A stretch of DNA of 64,000 bases from Nanobdellota archaeon (GTDB lineage: Archaea > Nanobdellota > Nanobdellia > Parvarchaeales > Parvarchaeaceae). The first letter of the stretch is position 1. The number at the start of each line of letters is the position of its first letter. The position numbers and the translations under genes are program-made. The stretch spans positions 5,803 through 69,802 of the forward strand of contig JAJZNK010000052.1 of the NCBI GenBank assembly GCA_021811735.1. The letters are read 5' to 3'. The notes beneath the pieces are model-generated. The model was not told the origin of the DNA and made no database searches. It worked only from the letters and a program-made list of their open reading frames with translations. This document shows, piece after piece, positions 7,271 to 17,206 of the stretch.

Positions 7271-10036
7271 ATGACATTTTCTAAAGAGGGATTACTCGAT
7301 AGTTTCAATCTTGACAATAATACTGTAAACTACTATTCACTTCCCAAACTAGAAGGAAAAGGCTACAAAGTTTCGGCTTTGCCTTTTTCGATCAGAGTAG
7401 TCTTAGAGTCACTTATCAGGAATATGGATGATAAAAGCGTAAAGGAAGCAGACGTTGTTAACATAGCCGGCTGGGATCCTTCCAGGCCAAATGATAATGA
7501 CGTTCCATTCAAGGTTTCCAGAGTTCTTATGCAGGATTTTACCGGCGTTCCTGCTGTTGTAGACATCGCAGCGATAAGAAGCTATTTTTCCACGAAAGGA
7601 AAGAATCCAGCTTTGGTCGAACCATTGATGAAAGTGGACCTGATAATAGACCATTCCGTACAGATAGATGCTTTTGGCACAGAAGATGCATTTAAGATAA
7701 ACCAAGAAAAGGAAGTCGAGAGAAATAGTGAACGCTACAAGTTGCTTAAATGGGCAAGTCAGGCATTCAAGTCTTTTAATGTGTTTCCGCCATCAGCGGG
7801 AATATGTCACCAGATTAATCTTGAATATCTCGGTGAGGTCGTTCATTTCGACAGTGAAAGTGGCTACGCCTATCCAGACACATTAGTGGGAACGGATTCG
7901 CATACCACAATGATAGACGGGCTTGGAATCGTAGGTTTTGGAGTAGGAGGTATAGAGGCAGAGGCCGCCCTTCTAAATCAGCCAGTTTCATTCACAACTC
8001 CAAGAGTTTTAGGCGTTAAGCTTAAAGGAAAACTCGGAGAAGGAATAACCGCGATGGACCTCTCTCTAACTTTGACAAGAAAACTAAGGGAAAGAGGAGT
8101 AGTTGGGTGGTTTATAGAATTTTATGGTGATGGCCTTAAGAACCTGTCGTTGCCAGACAGGGCGACTATATCCAACATGTGTCCTGAATACGGTGCAACA
8201 ATCTCGTTTTTCCCAGTGGACGAAGAAACCCTTGATTACATGAAGCAGACTGGAAGAGACGAAAAACAGATACGACTCGTAAGGGAATATTATAAAGCCC
8301 AGAAAATGTTCGAACTCGATTATTCAATCATTCGTTTCTCGGATGTTCTGGAATTAGATCTTTCAACCGTCGAATCATCGGTTTCCGGGCCAAGCAATCC
8401 AAAGCAGGCGGTTCCATTATCTAAGGTCCCGTCTACTTTCATAGACGCCTTTATAAAAGGTGATGATGGGAAGCAACTTTCGGCAAAAGAGGAAGCGAGA
8501 CTCGGTAGTGAAAGCAACCTCGTGGAGCCTGAAAGCATAGATTTCGAAAGAGGAAATCCTAACGTCAAAAAAACTAAGATTAAGATAGGCGGGAAGGGGG
8601 AAGAATTCTCCGATGGAGACATCGTGATATCTGCTATAACAAGTTGTACGAATACTAGTAATCCGGTTGCAATGGTCGCTGCAGGGCTGCTCGCCAAGAA
8701 TGCAGTGGATAAAGGGCTTACTGTAAACAAAAAAGTAAAGACAAGTCTGGCACCTGGATCCAGAGTCGTTACTGAGTATCTACAAAAGGCAGGCCTTGAC
8801 AAGTATCTTGACATGTTAGGCTATTCTCTCGTTGGATACGGCTGCACAACATGCATAGGCAACAGCGGTCCTTTGATTCCAGAAGTATCTAATGCAATAA
8901 AAGAGAACGGTATAGCGACCGCCAGTGTATTGTCTGGCAACAGGAATTACGAAGCCAGAATACATAACGAGGTAAAAGGCAATTATTTAATGTCACCTCC
9001 TCTCGTGGTGGCTTTCGGGATAGCCGGTTCAATCCTCAAAGACCTTAACAAAGATGCGTTGGGTAAAGACAAAGATGGAAAAATGGTTCATCTAAAGGAT
9101 ATATGGCCTTCTAATGAAGAAATAAGAAAGATTGTAGATGCAACGCTTTCTTCCGATGAGTTCAAGGAAAAGTATAAGGATAATTTGAGGGATGTCAACC
9201 CTTATTGGAATGCGCTTCCAGCTGCAACTGGTTTATTATATGACTGGGAGGACAAAAGCACCTATATACGACTGCCCCCTTTCTTTAATGAGTTCAATCC
9301 GGAAGCACAGGTTACTTTGGGTTCTATAACCAATGCTGCAGTTCTCGCAGTATTTGGAGATTCGATATCAACGGATCACATATCACCTGCTGGGAGTATC
9401 CAGAAAAACAGTCCGGCTGGACTGTATCTTATAGATAACGGAGTAAAACTTGAGGATTTCAATACTTATGGTTCTAGAAGGGGAAATCACGAGGTTATGA
9501 TGCGCGGCACGTTTGCTAATACAAGAATAAAGAACCTGCTTTTAGAAGGTGTTGAAGGAGGATATACTATTCATTTCCCAAGCAAAGAAAAGGATTTCAT
9601 ATACAATGCTGCAATGAAATACAAGAAGGAAAATAGGCCTTTGGTTGTATTTGCAGGGGCAGAATATGGGAGTGGAAGTTCGAGAGACTGGGCGGCTAAA
9701 GGACCGGCCCTTTTAGGGGTAAAGGCAGTTATTGCTAAGAGCTTTGAAAGAATACACAGGAGCAATCTTGTGGGCATGGGGATATTGCCTCTCCAGTTTA
9801 GGAACAATGAAGATGCTCTTTCTCTTAAGGTAGATTTCTCTAAGCCAATAGAAATAGAAGTAGGTGAGGACTTCAAACCGAGATGCGAATTGACGATGAA
9901 ATACTATTCGAAGGATGGGACCCAGGAAAAAACCAAAGTGGTTACAAGAGTAGATTCTGAGATAGAGATGGAATACTACAGATATGGTGGTGTTCTCAAC
10001 TATGTAATAAAGAGGATGATAGAAGATGGAAAATGA
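7271..10036 (+). CDS. acnA: Aconitate hydratase (AcnA/IRP type)
   Basis: 921 aa with motifs GTDSHTTMIDGLG, SCTNTSNP and CTTCIGNSG (Fe-S ligands), and a C-terminal swivel domain (YGSGSSRDWAAKG). Confidence 0.95.
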   Translation: MTFSKEGLLDSFNLDNNTVNYYSLPKLEGKGYKVSALPFSIRVVLESLIRNMDDKSVKEADVVNIAGWDPSRPNDNDVPFKVSRVLMQDFTGVPAVVDIAAIRSYFSTKGKNPALVEPLMKVDLIIDHSVQIDAFGTEDAFKINQEKEVERNSERYKLLKWASQAFKSFNVFPPSAGICHQINLEYLGEVVHFDSESGYAYPDTLVGTDSHTTMIDGLGIVGFGVGGIEAEAALLNQPVSFTTPRVLGVKLKGKLGEGITAMDLSLTLTRKLRERGVVGWFIEFYGDGLKNLSLPDRATISNMCPEYGATISFFPVDEETLDYMKQTGRDEKQIRLVREYYKAQKMFELDYSIIRFSDVLELDLSTVESSVSGPSNPKQAVPLSKVPSTFIDAFIKGDDGKQLSAKEEARLGSESNLVEPESIDFERGNPNVKKTKIKIGGKGEEFSDGDIVISAITSCTNTSNPVAMVAAGLLAKNAVDKGLTVNKKVKTSLAPGSRVVTEYLQKAGLDKYLDMLGYSLVGYGCTTCIGNSGPLIPEVSNAIKENGIATASVLSGNRNYEARIHNEVKGNYLMSPPLVVAFGIAGSILKDLNKDALGKDKDGKMVHLKDIWPSNEEIRKIVDATLSSDEFKEKYKDNLRDVNPYWNALPAATGLLYDWEDKSTYIRLPPFFNEFNPEAQVTLGSITNAAVLAVFGDSISTDHISPAGSIQKNSPAGLYLIDNGVKLEDFNTYGSRRGNHEVMMRGTFANTRIKNLLLEGVEGGYTIHFPSKEKDFIYNAAMKYKKENRPLVVFAGAEYGSGSSRDWAAKGPALLGVKAVIAKSFERIHRSNLVGMGILPLQFRNNEDALSLKVDFSKPIEIEVGEDFKPRCELTMKYYSKDGTQEKTKVVTRVDSEIEMEYYRYGGVLNYVIKRMIEDGK

Positions 10037-11051
10037 AAAGAAGTGGAAGGTTGCAATTATAAAAGGGGATGGCGTCGGCCCAGATGTTGTAGATGCTGCG
10101 TTGCTCGTTCTAGATGCAGTGAAGGAAAAGTTTAACTTAAACCTTGAATACGTGCCTACCGAAGCTGGACTGAGCTGTGTAGAAAAATATGGCACAAATC
10201 TTCCAAAGGAAACACTGGAGACGTTAAAACAGACAGATTGCGTTTTAAAAGGCCCGACCACAACACCAGAAGGAGCAACTTCATTTCCAAGTGCAAATGT
10301 AGGGATTAGAAAATATTTTGATTTATATGCAGATGTAAGACCTAATAAAACACTTCCGAACGTTCCGAGCATAAAGCCTGGCGTTGACATGGTTATAGTC
10401 AGAGAAAATACGGAAGGAATGTACTCTGGCCTTGATTTTAGGGTAAACAATGAGACGACCGTTGGTTTAAGAATAATAACCAGAAAGGCGTGCGAACGAA
10501 TAGTAAAATACGCATTCGAGCTTGCTAAGAGCAGGAAGAAGCACGTGACATTTGTTCATAAAGGGAATGTCCTGAAGGTCTCAGACGGTATGTTCAAAGA
10601 GATATTCTATGATGCAGCTAAAAACTATCCTGATATTAAGGCGGATGATGCGCATGTCGATGCGATTACACAGTGGTTTATAAAGCAACCAGAATTCTAT
10701 GATGTAGTGGTGACTGAGAACCTCTTTGGCGACATAATATCTGATGAGGCAGCAATGATTGTTGGAGGGATAGGCACTGGGGCTTCTGCTAATATAGGCG
10801 AAAGATACGCAATGTTTGAACCAATACATGGTTCGGTACCGAAATACACTGGTATGGATAAAGTAAACCCTATAGGCACGATAATGTCCGTTAAGATGAT
10901 GATGGATTGGATGGGATATAAATCCGCGGGCAAATCAATAGAAAAAGCAGTAAATTCAGTGCTACAGGAAGGAAAAATCTTAACTTATGACTTGGGCGGA
11001 ACTGCGAAGTGTTCCGAAGTAGGGAGAGAGATAGCGAACAAAATAGTTTAG
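10026..11051 (+). CDS. Beta-decarboxylating dehydrogenase (isocitrate / isopropylmalate / homoisocitrate dehydrogenase family)
   Basis: Motifs IIKGDGVGPDV, RENTEGMYSG, ENLFGDIISDEAA and HGSVPKYTG. At 341 aa it is closer in size to LeuB/HICDH than to long NADP-IDH. It overlaps the acn 3' end by 11 nt, so substrate is not resolved. Confidence 0.85.
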   Translation: MENEKKWKVAIIKGDGVGPDVVDAALLVLDAVKEKFNLNLEYVPTEAGLSCVEKYGTNLPKETLETLKQTDCVLKGPTTTPEGATSFPSANVGIRKYFDLYADVRPNKTLPNVPSIKPGVDMVIVRENTEGMYSGLDFRVNNETTVGLRIITRKACERIVKYAFELAKSRKKHVTFVHKGNVLKVSDGMFKEIFYDAAKNYPDIKADDAHVDAITQWFIKQPEFYDVVVTENLFGDIISDEAAMIVGGIGTGASANIGERYAMFEPIHGSVPKYTGMDKVNPIGTIMSVKMMMDWMGYKSAGKSIEKAVNSVLQEGKILTYDLGGTAKCSEVGREIANKIV

Positions 11052-11077
11052 ATTAAATATAAGAGTTATTATAGTTT

Positions 11078-11554
11078 TCAGGCTTCCCATTTCTTTAGAT
11101 AAGATACTGGACAAGCCTCTTTATTCTCATGACCGCAAAATCCTCCTCTATTTATCATATCTTGGAAAGCCCCGTACGCATAACCGTCAAATTCATTCAC
11201 TTTCTTAAAGGTGACTGTTTTATTCTTTGACAGACTATACGCTTTTACTGTTAACAGGCACCCAAAAGAAATATTTTTTCCATTTATATCAATTACTACC
11301 TTAGAATTAGGATACTTTGGTTTCCCATAATATCGTTCAAGAACGAACAGTGGGGAGTTTAGTCTCTCATATACTAATTGCATGGCTTTTTTGTCGCTAT
11401 TGTTCAGGCGTTTTAATTCCTTTGCTACATCTTCATCATCTATTATTATCCCTTCATAATAAAGTGGACCAGGCACTCCAACCTCCCACATCTCCACTCC
11501 GTTTTGCACAACTCTATTAATGAGCTCTTCGAGTTTCATTAGATATATATTCAA
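11078..11554 (-). CDS. Hypothetical protein
   Basis: 158-aa ORF with no motif I recognise. C-terminal Cys pair (GGFCGHENKEACP). Confidence 0.5.
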   Translation of the reverse strand: MNIYLMKLEELINRVVQNGVEMWEVGVPGPLYYEGIIIDDEDVAKELKRLNNSDKKAMQLVYERLNSPLFVLERYYGKPKYPNSKVVIDINGKNISFGCLLTVKAYSLSKNKTVTFKKVNEFDGYAYGAFQDMINRGGFCGHENKEACPVSYLKKWEA

Positions 11555-11667
11555 TTCAACTAAATAAATGTTTCTATGCCTCCAACACTCTAATCTTCGA
11601 TGTTACCTAATTTTATTATTCTGAAATACAATGACAAATATATAAGCCCGATTTTATTATATTAAAT

Positions 11668-13128
11668 ATGCGAGTCAATCAGCATGATAAAGATAATTCC
11701 ACAGCATTCTTGATGACCAGGTCAGGTCAATCAGCACTAGAGTACATGATGACCTATGGTTGGGCCATCTTAATCATAGTCATCGTAGCAGTAATCCTCT
11801 ACAGTATGGGTATCTTCAGCCCATCCTCGTCCATAACAACATCCTCCTCAGGCTTCTCCCCGTTCATAGTGTCATCAGCAGTATGCAGCCAGGCAGGACT
11901 AAGCATAGCAGTAACAGCAGGAGGCTTACCAAATAATGCCGTTTCAGCAACTCTATCAAGGATATTCATCCAATCCAATACGGGAACTACAGCAATGACA
12001 GGAAAAGAGTACAACATAACACCAGTAACGTTAGCATCAGGCCATTCCACAGTCATAACAGTACCAGGAGTGGCATGCATCTCCACTGGCATCAAGTTCT
12101 CCCTATCATCCAAGCTCCAGTATAGCTATTCAACAGCAGTCGGCAGCGTAGCAGCCAATGCGACAGGGACTATAGCAGGAACCACATCCTCTCCATCCAT
12201 AACAAACTACGTTCCATTGACTATAACCTCCTCTACAGCCACTCCTTCACCCTTCCAGCAGATGATAATAGTAAACATGAACACTTACAGCTCGTACGCC
12301 TCATCCAACCTGGAAAACATAGAATTCACCTATCCAAACGGCACAATAATACCAAGCTGGAGGGAAAACGGCACTTCCAATGCCCAGACAGTCGTTTACT
12401 GGCTCAAGTTAGGTAGTTTCACCAGCCTAACAGTCCATATGGACTTCTTCCCCACAGGCGACAATGTCCTTAACCCTGTAAACACCGGCGAGGCTCCACA
12501 ACTTTCCGGCACATATGCACAGTACGACAACGGAGTTAACGTGTTCAATTATTACACAAATTTCGCAGGCACGAGTTTGCCGAGCGGATGGACAGAAACA
12601 CATTATCAATCAGGCAATTCTTATACAGTAAGCAACGGAATTATGATTAGCGCACAAAGTTCTACTTCTATGGCCTTGCAAAATAATAATAGTTATAACC
12701 CTCAAACAGATATTTTGGAGACTTTTGGATATGCAGAAAATCAGGGTTTTGGAGGCTGGGGATACACACTTGAGGGAGGATACCCGTCAGCGACATCTGG
12801 TAGCATAGTAATACTTGTAGATACTCCTATTGGAGGTTATTATCTCGTTCGGGCATCTGGAAACACGGAAACAAGTATGGGAGTAGCAATTGGGACCACA
12901 CCCTACGTTTTTTCTGTCTGGGAAACCACCTCCGAAATGTATGGGCAAATTGATTATCAGCATCAAACTACTACCTCAATAGGTTTTGTATCCGAAACTT
13001 CTTTATACCCTGGAATTGCATTAGCGCAACGTAGTGGGACTGATTATCTGTTTTCTCAGTGGATGCGCACTCGTGCCTATCCACCAAACGGAGTGATGCC
13101 TTCTATCGCTTTCGGCAGCGTTTCTTAG
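11668..13128 (+). CDS. Pilin-like protein with a class III (type IV prepilin) signal peptide and a large beta-rich C-terminal domain
   Basis: N-terminus ...MTRSGQ/SALEYMMTYGWAILIIVIVAVILY is a classical archaeal prepilin peptidase site plus hydrophobic helix. A Ser/Thr-rich region follows, then a DUF2341/LamG-like segment (NLENIEFTYPNGTIIPSWRENG...VVYWLKL). The start could instead be Met16 at 11713. Confidence 0.8.
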   Translation: MRVNQHDKDNSTAFLMTRSGQSALEYMMTYGWAILIIVIVAVILYSMGIFSPSSSITTSSSGFSPFIVSSAVCSQAGLSIAVTAGGLPNNAVSATLSRIFIQSNTGTTAMTGKEYNITPVTLASGHSTVITVPGVACISTGIKFSLSSKLQYSYSTAVGSVAANATGTIAGTTSSPSITNYVPLTITSSTATPSPFQQMIIVNMNTYSSYASSNLENIEFTYPNGTIIPSWRENGTSNAQTVVYWLKLGSFTSLTVHMDFFPTGDNVLNPVNTGEAPQLSGTYAQYDNGVNVFNYYTNFAGTSLPSGWTETHYQSGNSYTVSNGIMISAQSSTSMALQNNNSYNPQTDILETFGYAENQGFGGWGYTLEGGYPSATSGSIVILVDTPIGGYYLVRASGNTETSMGVAIGTTPYVFSVWETTSEMYGQIDYQHQTTTSIGFVSETSLYPGIALAQRSGTDYLFSQWMRTRAYPPNGVMPSIAFGSVS

Positions 13129-13309
13129 ATATAAGTATTATATCTTTTGGTTTACTAAAATTACTTCATAGAAATATAGTTCATTTTTGAAAAGAATTGA
13201 CAAATAACAAATATAAATATACAGAACTAAATAAAAATATATTGGTGGTGTGTGGGTTCGGATATACCTAAATAAAGCATATCTACAATCAGTACATTAT
13301 ATATTTTTG

Positions 13310-14128
13310 ATGGAACAAGAGACACTTATTGAAAAGATAGAGCAAGTAAAAAATAAGATATCAGAATTTGAAAAAGCGCTTAATATAAACACATTAGGCC
13401 TTGATAGAATAGTTCTGAATCAAAATAATGATATAATCCAGCAGATATCCAATTACAAAAAACGTATAGATACTATAGAGAAAGATGTTATTCAACAGGA
13501 AAAGGCTAACTATCCAGTTGAATCAAAACAATTATCCATTATAAATAATATAAAACCTGCAGAATTCAGGAGTGAACTAAAAAAAGTTGAACCATCACCA
13601 GCATTTCGTGCTAAAATTACGGAAGTAGCTACAAATAACTTAGATAACGATAACTCAGAAAAAAGCGGAATAAAACAAACTCTAGACAGAGTTAAAAAAG
13701 AAGCTGAGGAGGTAGAGCACATAAGCAATATGATTGATGAAATAAAAGAGAATATAAGCTCAAAAAAGCCTTCTTCTGAAACGGTTTCGTCTATACGTTC
13801 TGTAGAAAAGACAACCGTAACAAATGGTGTAAAAGAAAAGATAACTACGCCAGAATCTGAAATTAAATCGCTAGGCAATGTTAGTTATACTTCTACAAGT
13901 AGAAAAAATCCTGCTGTGACGAATCAGGTTAATGTCACAGAAAATGATATTCATTCTATATCCGAGCTCATCTCAAAGCTTGATGAACTTTTAAGGTCAA
14001 ATAAAGAACTATCAGATAAACTTAATGAGTTAATTGTCCTTCAGAAAGAATCAAATGTGAATGCAAACAATGGCAAGACTAGCGAGCTAATAAGGAGACT
14101 TGCAGTATTTGGTGCAAATTTGCAGTAA
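13310..14128 (+). CDS. Coiled-coil protein, unknown function
   Basis: Heptad-rich, Lys/Glu/Asn-rich sequence. ATG 13310 (MEQETLIEK...) is preferred over the track's upstream non-ATG start at 13250. Confidence 0.5.
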   Translation: MEQETLIEKIEQVKNKISEFEKALNINTLGLDRIVLNQNNDIIQQISNYKKRIDTIEKDVIQQEKANYPVESKQLSIINNIKPAEFRSELKKVEPSPAFRAKITEVATNNLDNDNSEKSGIKQTLDRVKKEAEEVEHISNMIDEIKENISSKKPSSETVSSIRSVEKTTVTNGVKEKITTPESEIKSLGNVSYTSTSRKNPAVTNQVNVTENDIHSISELISKLDELLRSNKELSDKLNELIVLQKESNVNANNGKTSELIRRLAVFGANLQ

Positions 14129-14169
14129 ATATCTAAGTTTTAAATATTTTAATCGTTATCTTTATTATA

Positions 14170-15429
14170 ATGGTAGGAGTTAATAAGACGGTTTTTATAA
14201 TTGTTGACGGGATGGCTGATCTTCCCATTAAGGAATTAGGTAATAAAACCCCTTTGGATTATGCTATAAAGAATAACCTGCATAAATTTTTAAGACATTC
14301 TGAACTTGCTTATCCCACTGTGCTTGGGAAGATGGCACCACAAAGTGATGCTGGTGTGATGGCAGACTTAGGTTATGACCCTATAAAATATTCTACAGGG
14401 AGAGGATGGTTTGAATGTTTAGGCCTGGGAATGAAACCTGAAACCGGGCAGCTGAGTATTAGGATAAATTTCGGTTCTGTTTACAATGGCATGCTTAAGG
14501 ACGTGAGGGTTTATATGCAAGAAGATGAACTAGAAGAACTTTCAAACGAGATTAATGACAGGGTCAAAATTTCGGCAGATTTTGATTTTAAGGCAGGAGT
14601 TGGTTACAGGGCAGGACTTGTTTTGAGAAACGGTGGTGGGAGATTTTCGCATTTCGTTTCAAACAACGAACCAGGGTACACAGCCAAGTTTTTTGGAAAT
14701 AAAATTAAGCTGAGCTTTGCAACTGAAATAAATAATCGTAGAATACAGAAAATAAAAGCAATTAGAAACGAGGCAGCGTATACCGCTGAAGTGCTGAACG
14801 ATTTCATACTCAAAGCCTCTAAAGTGATTAAGAGTTCAAAAGTGTATAATGAAAGGGTAAAAAAAAGGCTACCTGTCCCAAATTATCTTTTCCTTAGAGA
14901 TGCAGCGGACAGTGATCCTGGGTTGGAGGATATAAACAGGAAATATGGTAGAAAATGGGTTACAGTCGCAGGTATGCCTCTGGAAAAAGGCATTGCATTA
15001 TCAGCAGGAATGTCAGTTCTGAACGTAAATGAAAATAAGAACATAAAAGAGGACTTTGAGGAAAAAATTAAAAAAATCACCTATGCGATTTCAAAGTTTG
15101 ATGCAGTTTATGTTCATATAAAACAGACAGATTCACTTTCCCATCTTGGAAAGTTTATTGACAAGTATGCAGTTATAGAAGCTATGGATAAGATAATAAT
15201 ATCAGGACTTTCAAGAGTCATGGATCCAAATAAGGACACGCTTGTTTTAACTTGTGACCATGCAACTTCAAGCAAATTAAAACGTCATATTAATTCAAAC
15301 ATCCCTGTAATGATAGCGAATGATAGGTTTAGATCTCATACGAGCTTTGATGAATCTTCATGTCGAACGGATGGTAATAAGAGCATTAAAAAAGCAGTGG
15401 ATATAATGCCGTTTGTTATGAAACTTTAG
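14170..15429 (+). CDS. apgM: 2,3-bisphosphoglycerate-independent phosphoglycerate mutase, archaeal type
   Basis: N-terminal VFIIVDGMADLP, HIKQTDSLSH and CDHATS, typical of ApgM (alkaline-phosphatase superfamily). Confidence 0.88.
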   Translation: MVGVNKTVFIIVDGMADLPIKELGNKTPLDYAIKNNLHKFLRHSELAYPTVLGKMAPQSDAGVMADLGYDPIKYSTGRGWFECLGLGMKPETGQLSIRINFGSVYNGMLKDVRVYMQEDELEELSNEINDRVKISADFDFKAGVGYRAGLVLRNGGGRFSHFVSNNEPGYTAKFFGNKIKLSFATEINNRRIQKIKAIRNEAAYTAEVLNDFILKASKVIKSSKVYNERVKKRLPVPNYLFLRDAADSDPGLEDINRKYGRKWVTVAGMPLEKGIALSAGMSVLNVNENKNIKEDFEEKIKKITYAISKFDAVYVHIKQTDSLSHLGKFIDKYAVIEAMDKIIISGLSRVMDPNKDTLVLTCDHATSSKLKRHINSNIPVMIANDRFRSHTSFDESSCRTDGNKSIKKAVDIMPFVMKL

Positions 15430-15465
15430 TATTAAACTTATTAATAAAGTTCTCTTAATACTCTT

Positions 15466-17175
15466 ATGATTTCAAATAAAGATCTGGCCGATAAACTTTA
15501 TGACATCGCAGATATATTGGAGATCCAGAATGCAAAGTGGGAACCACGTGCATATAGGAATGCGGCATTGACAATATCTGGCCTTTCGGACGATATAACC
15601 GTTATTTATAAGAAGGGGAAGCTCTTGGAACTCGAAGGAGTAGGTAAGTCAATTGCCGGTTCAATAAAGGAATATATAGAGACAGGTAAAATAAAAAAGT
15701 ATGAAGAGTTAAGAAAAAAGTATCCAATAGACTTTACCACGTTCAGAAAAATAAGAGGGCTCGGTCCAAAACGGGTATATTCTCTTTATAAAAATCTCAA
15801 TATAAAAAATGTGCATGACCTAAAGACCTCAATAGATAAACATAATATAAGGGGGCTAGAGGGGTTTGGGCCGAAAAGTGAAGAAGACATCATGAAAAAT
15901 CTTGAATCCTTCATGAACGTTAAAAATGATAGGTTGCTCCTGGGTTATGTAATAGACTATGTTGACAATCTTATAAATAAACTGCTGAAAAGTGGTCTGT
16001 TTGAAGATGTGAAGGTTGCGGGGTCTATACGCAGGATGAAGGAAACAATAGGAGATATAGATATACTTGCAATATCCAACAAACCAGATAAAGGTATGGA
16101 TTTTTTCTCAAGAATGGATGAAGTAAAGGAAGTTATAGTTAAGGGGCCTACAAAAACGACTGTTAGTCTCGGAATAGGCACGACTTGTGATATAAGAATA
16201 TTACAAAAAAAGTCTTTCGGTGCTGCAATGCAGTATTTTACCGGTAACAGGGAGCATAATGTAAAAGTGAGAAAAATAGCCATTTCGCGAGGATTGAAAC
16301 TCAACGAGTATGGTCTTTTCGACGGCAAGAAAGCAGTATCTGCCGAGGACGAAAGGGAAGTATACAAAAAACTAGGGATTGATTGGATACCTCCAGAACT
16401 CAGAGAAAACACTGGAGAGATAGAAGCAGCACAATCCCACAGTCTTCCAAAAGTTGTAGAATACGATGAATTAATTGGTGATATGCATGTTCATACAAAG
16501 GACAGTGATGGTATGAACTCACTGGAAGAAATGGCAATGGCAGCCGAAAAAAACGGTTCTAAATATATTGCTTTAACTAATCATAGCAAAAGTTTACCAG
16601 TTGCACGTGGTTTGGATGAAAAAAGATTCAACGAGTTTAATATACAGATAGATAAATTCAACGATTCTGAAAGGCAAATAAGGCTATTAAAGGGAGTAGA
16701 GATAGAGATCTTGAAAGATGGTTCACTCGATTTGAATGACTCTTGCCTTGCAGGCATGGATTTCGTAATCGGCGCATTGCATCAAAATCTAAGGATGGGC
16801 TCTAAAGAACTCACTAATAGGCTAATAAAGGCCATAAACAGTGGCAGGATTAATACCGTTGCACATCCTATGGATAGATTGATAGGGGAGCGGGAGAAGT
16901 TAAAACTTGATTTCGAAAGGGTCCTGGAAGCATGCAAAAAGAATGACGTTTTATTGGAGATAAATGGTTATCCTGAGAGATCTGATTTACCGTTTGACTT
17001 GGTGAGAAAAGCGAAAGAGTTTGGCGTAAAATTCTCCTTAGGCAGCGATTCGCACAGGATAGAACATTTGAGGTTTATGAAACTGGCCGGTGCAATTGCG
17101 CGTAGGGGCTGGCTGGAAAAAAATGATGTTATAAATACTTTAGGGTATAAAGACATTTTGAGGCTTAAAAGGTAA
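15466..17175 (+). CDS. polX: Family X DNA polymerase with C-terminal PHP domain
   Basis: HhH motifs (GVGKSIAG, GLGPKR, GFGPK), a Pol-beta NTase core (GSIRRMKETIGDIDILA) and PHP motifs (DMHVHTKDSDG, ALTNHS, GSDSH). Confidence 0.92.
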   Translation: MISNKDLADKLYDIADILEIQNAKWEPRAYRNAALTISGLSDDITVIYKKGKLLELEGVGKSIAGSIKEYIETGKIKKYEELRKKYPIDFTTFRKIRGLGPKRVYSLYKNLNIKNVHDLKTSIDKHNIRGLEGFGPKSEEDIMKNLESFMNVKNDRLLLGYVIDYVDNLINKLLKSGLFEDVKVAGSIRRMKETIGDIDILAISNKPDKGMDFFSRMDEVKEVIVKGPTKTTVSLGIGTTCDIRILQKKSFGAAMQYFTGNREHNVKVRKIAISRGLKLNEYGLFDGKKAVSAEDEREVYKKLGIDWIPPELRENTGEIEAAQSHSLPKVVEYDELIGDMHVHTKDSDGMNSLEEMAMAAEKNGSKYIALTNHSKSLPVARGLDEKRFNEFNIQIDKFNDSERQIRLLKGVEIEILKDGSLDLNDSCLAGMDFVIGALHQNLRMGSKELTNRLIKAINSGRINTVAHPMDRLIGEREKLKLDFERVLEACKKNDVLLEINGYPERSDLPFDLVRKAKEFGVKFSLGSDSHRIEHLRFMKLAGAIARRGWLEKNDVINTLGYKDILRLKR

Positions 17176-17206
17176 GTTAATAAATTCAGCACGATATACT
17201 CAATAT

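Noticed and set aside
8320-10450. Long antisense ORFs (8320-8814, 9571-9876, 9713-10450) opposite aconitase and the IDH-family gene.
   Set aside because: They lie entirely antisense to genes with unmistakable conserved motifs. Their translations are low-complexity Ser/Phe/Leu-rich, typical of shadow ORFs, and I see no independent start context.
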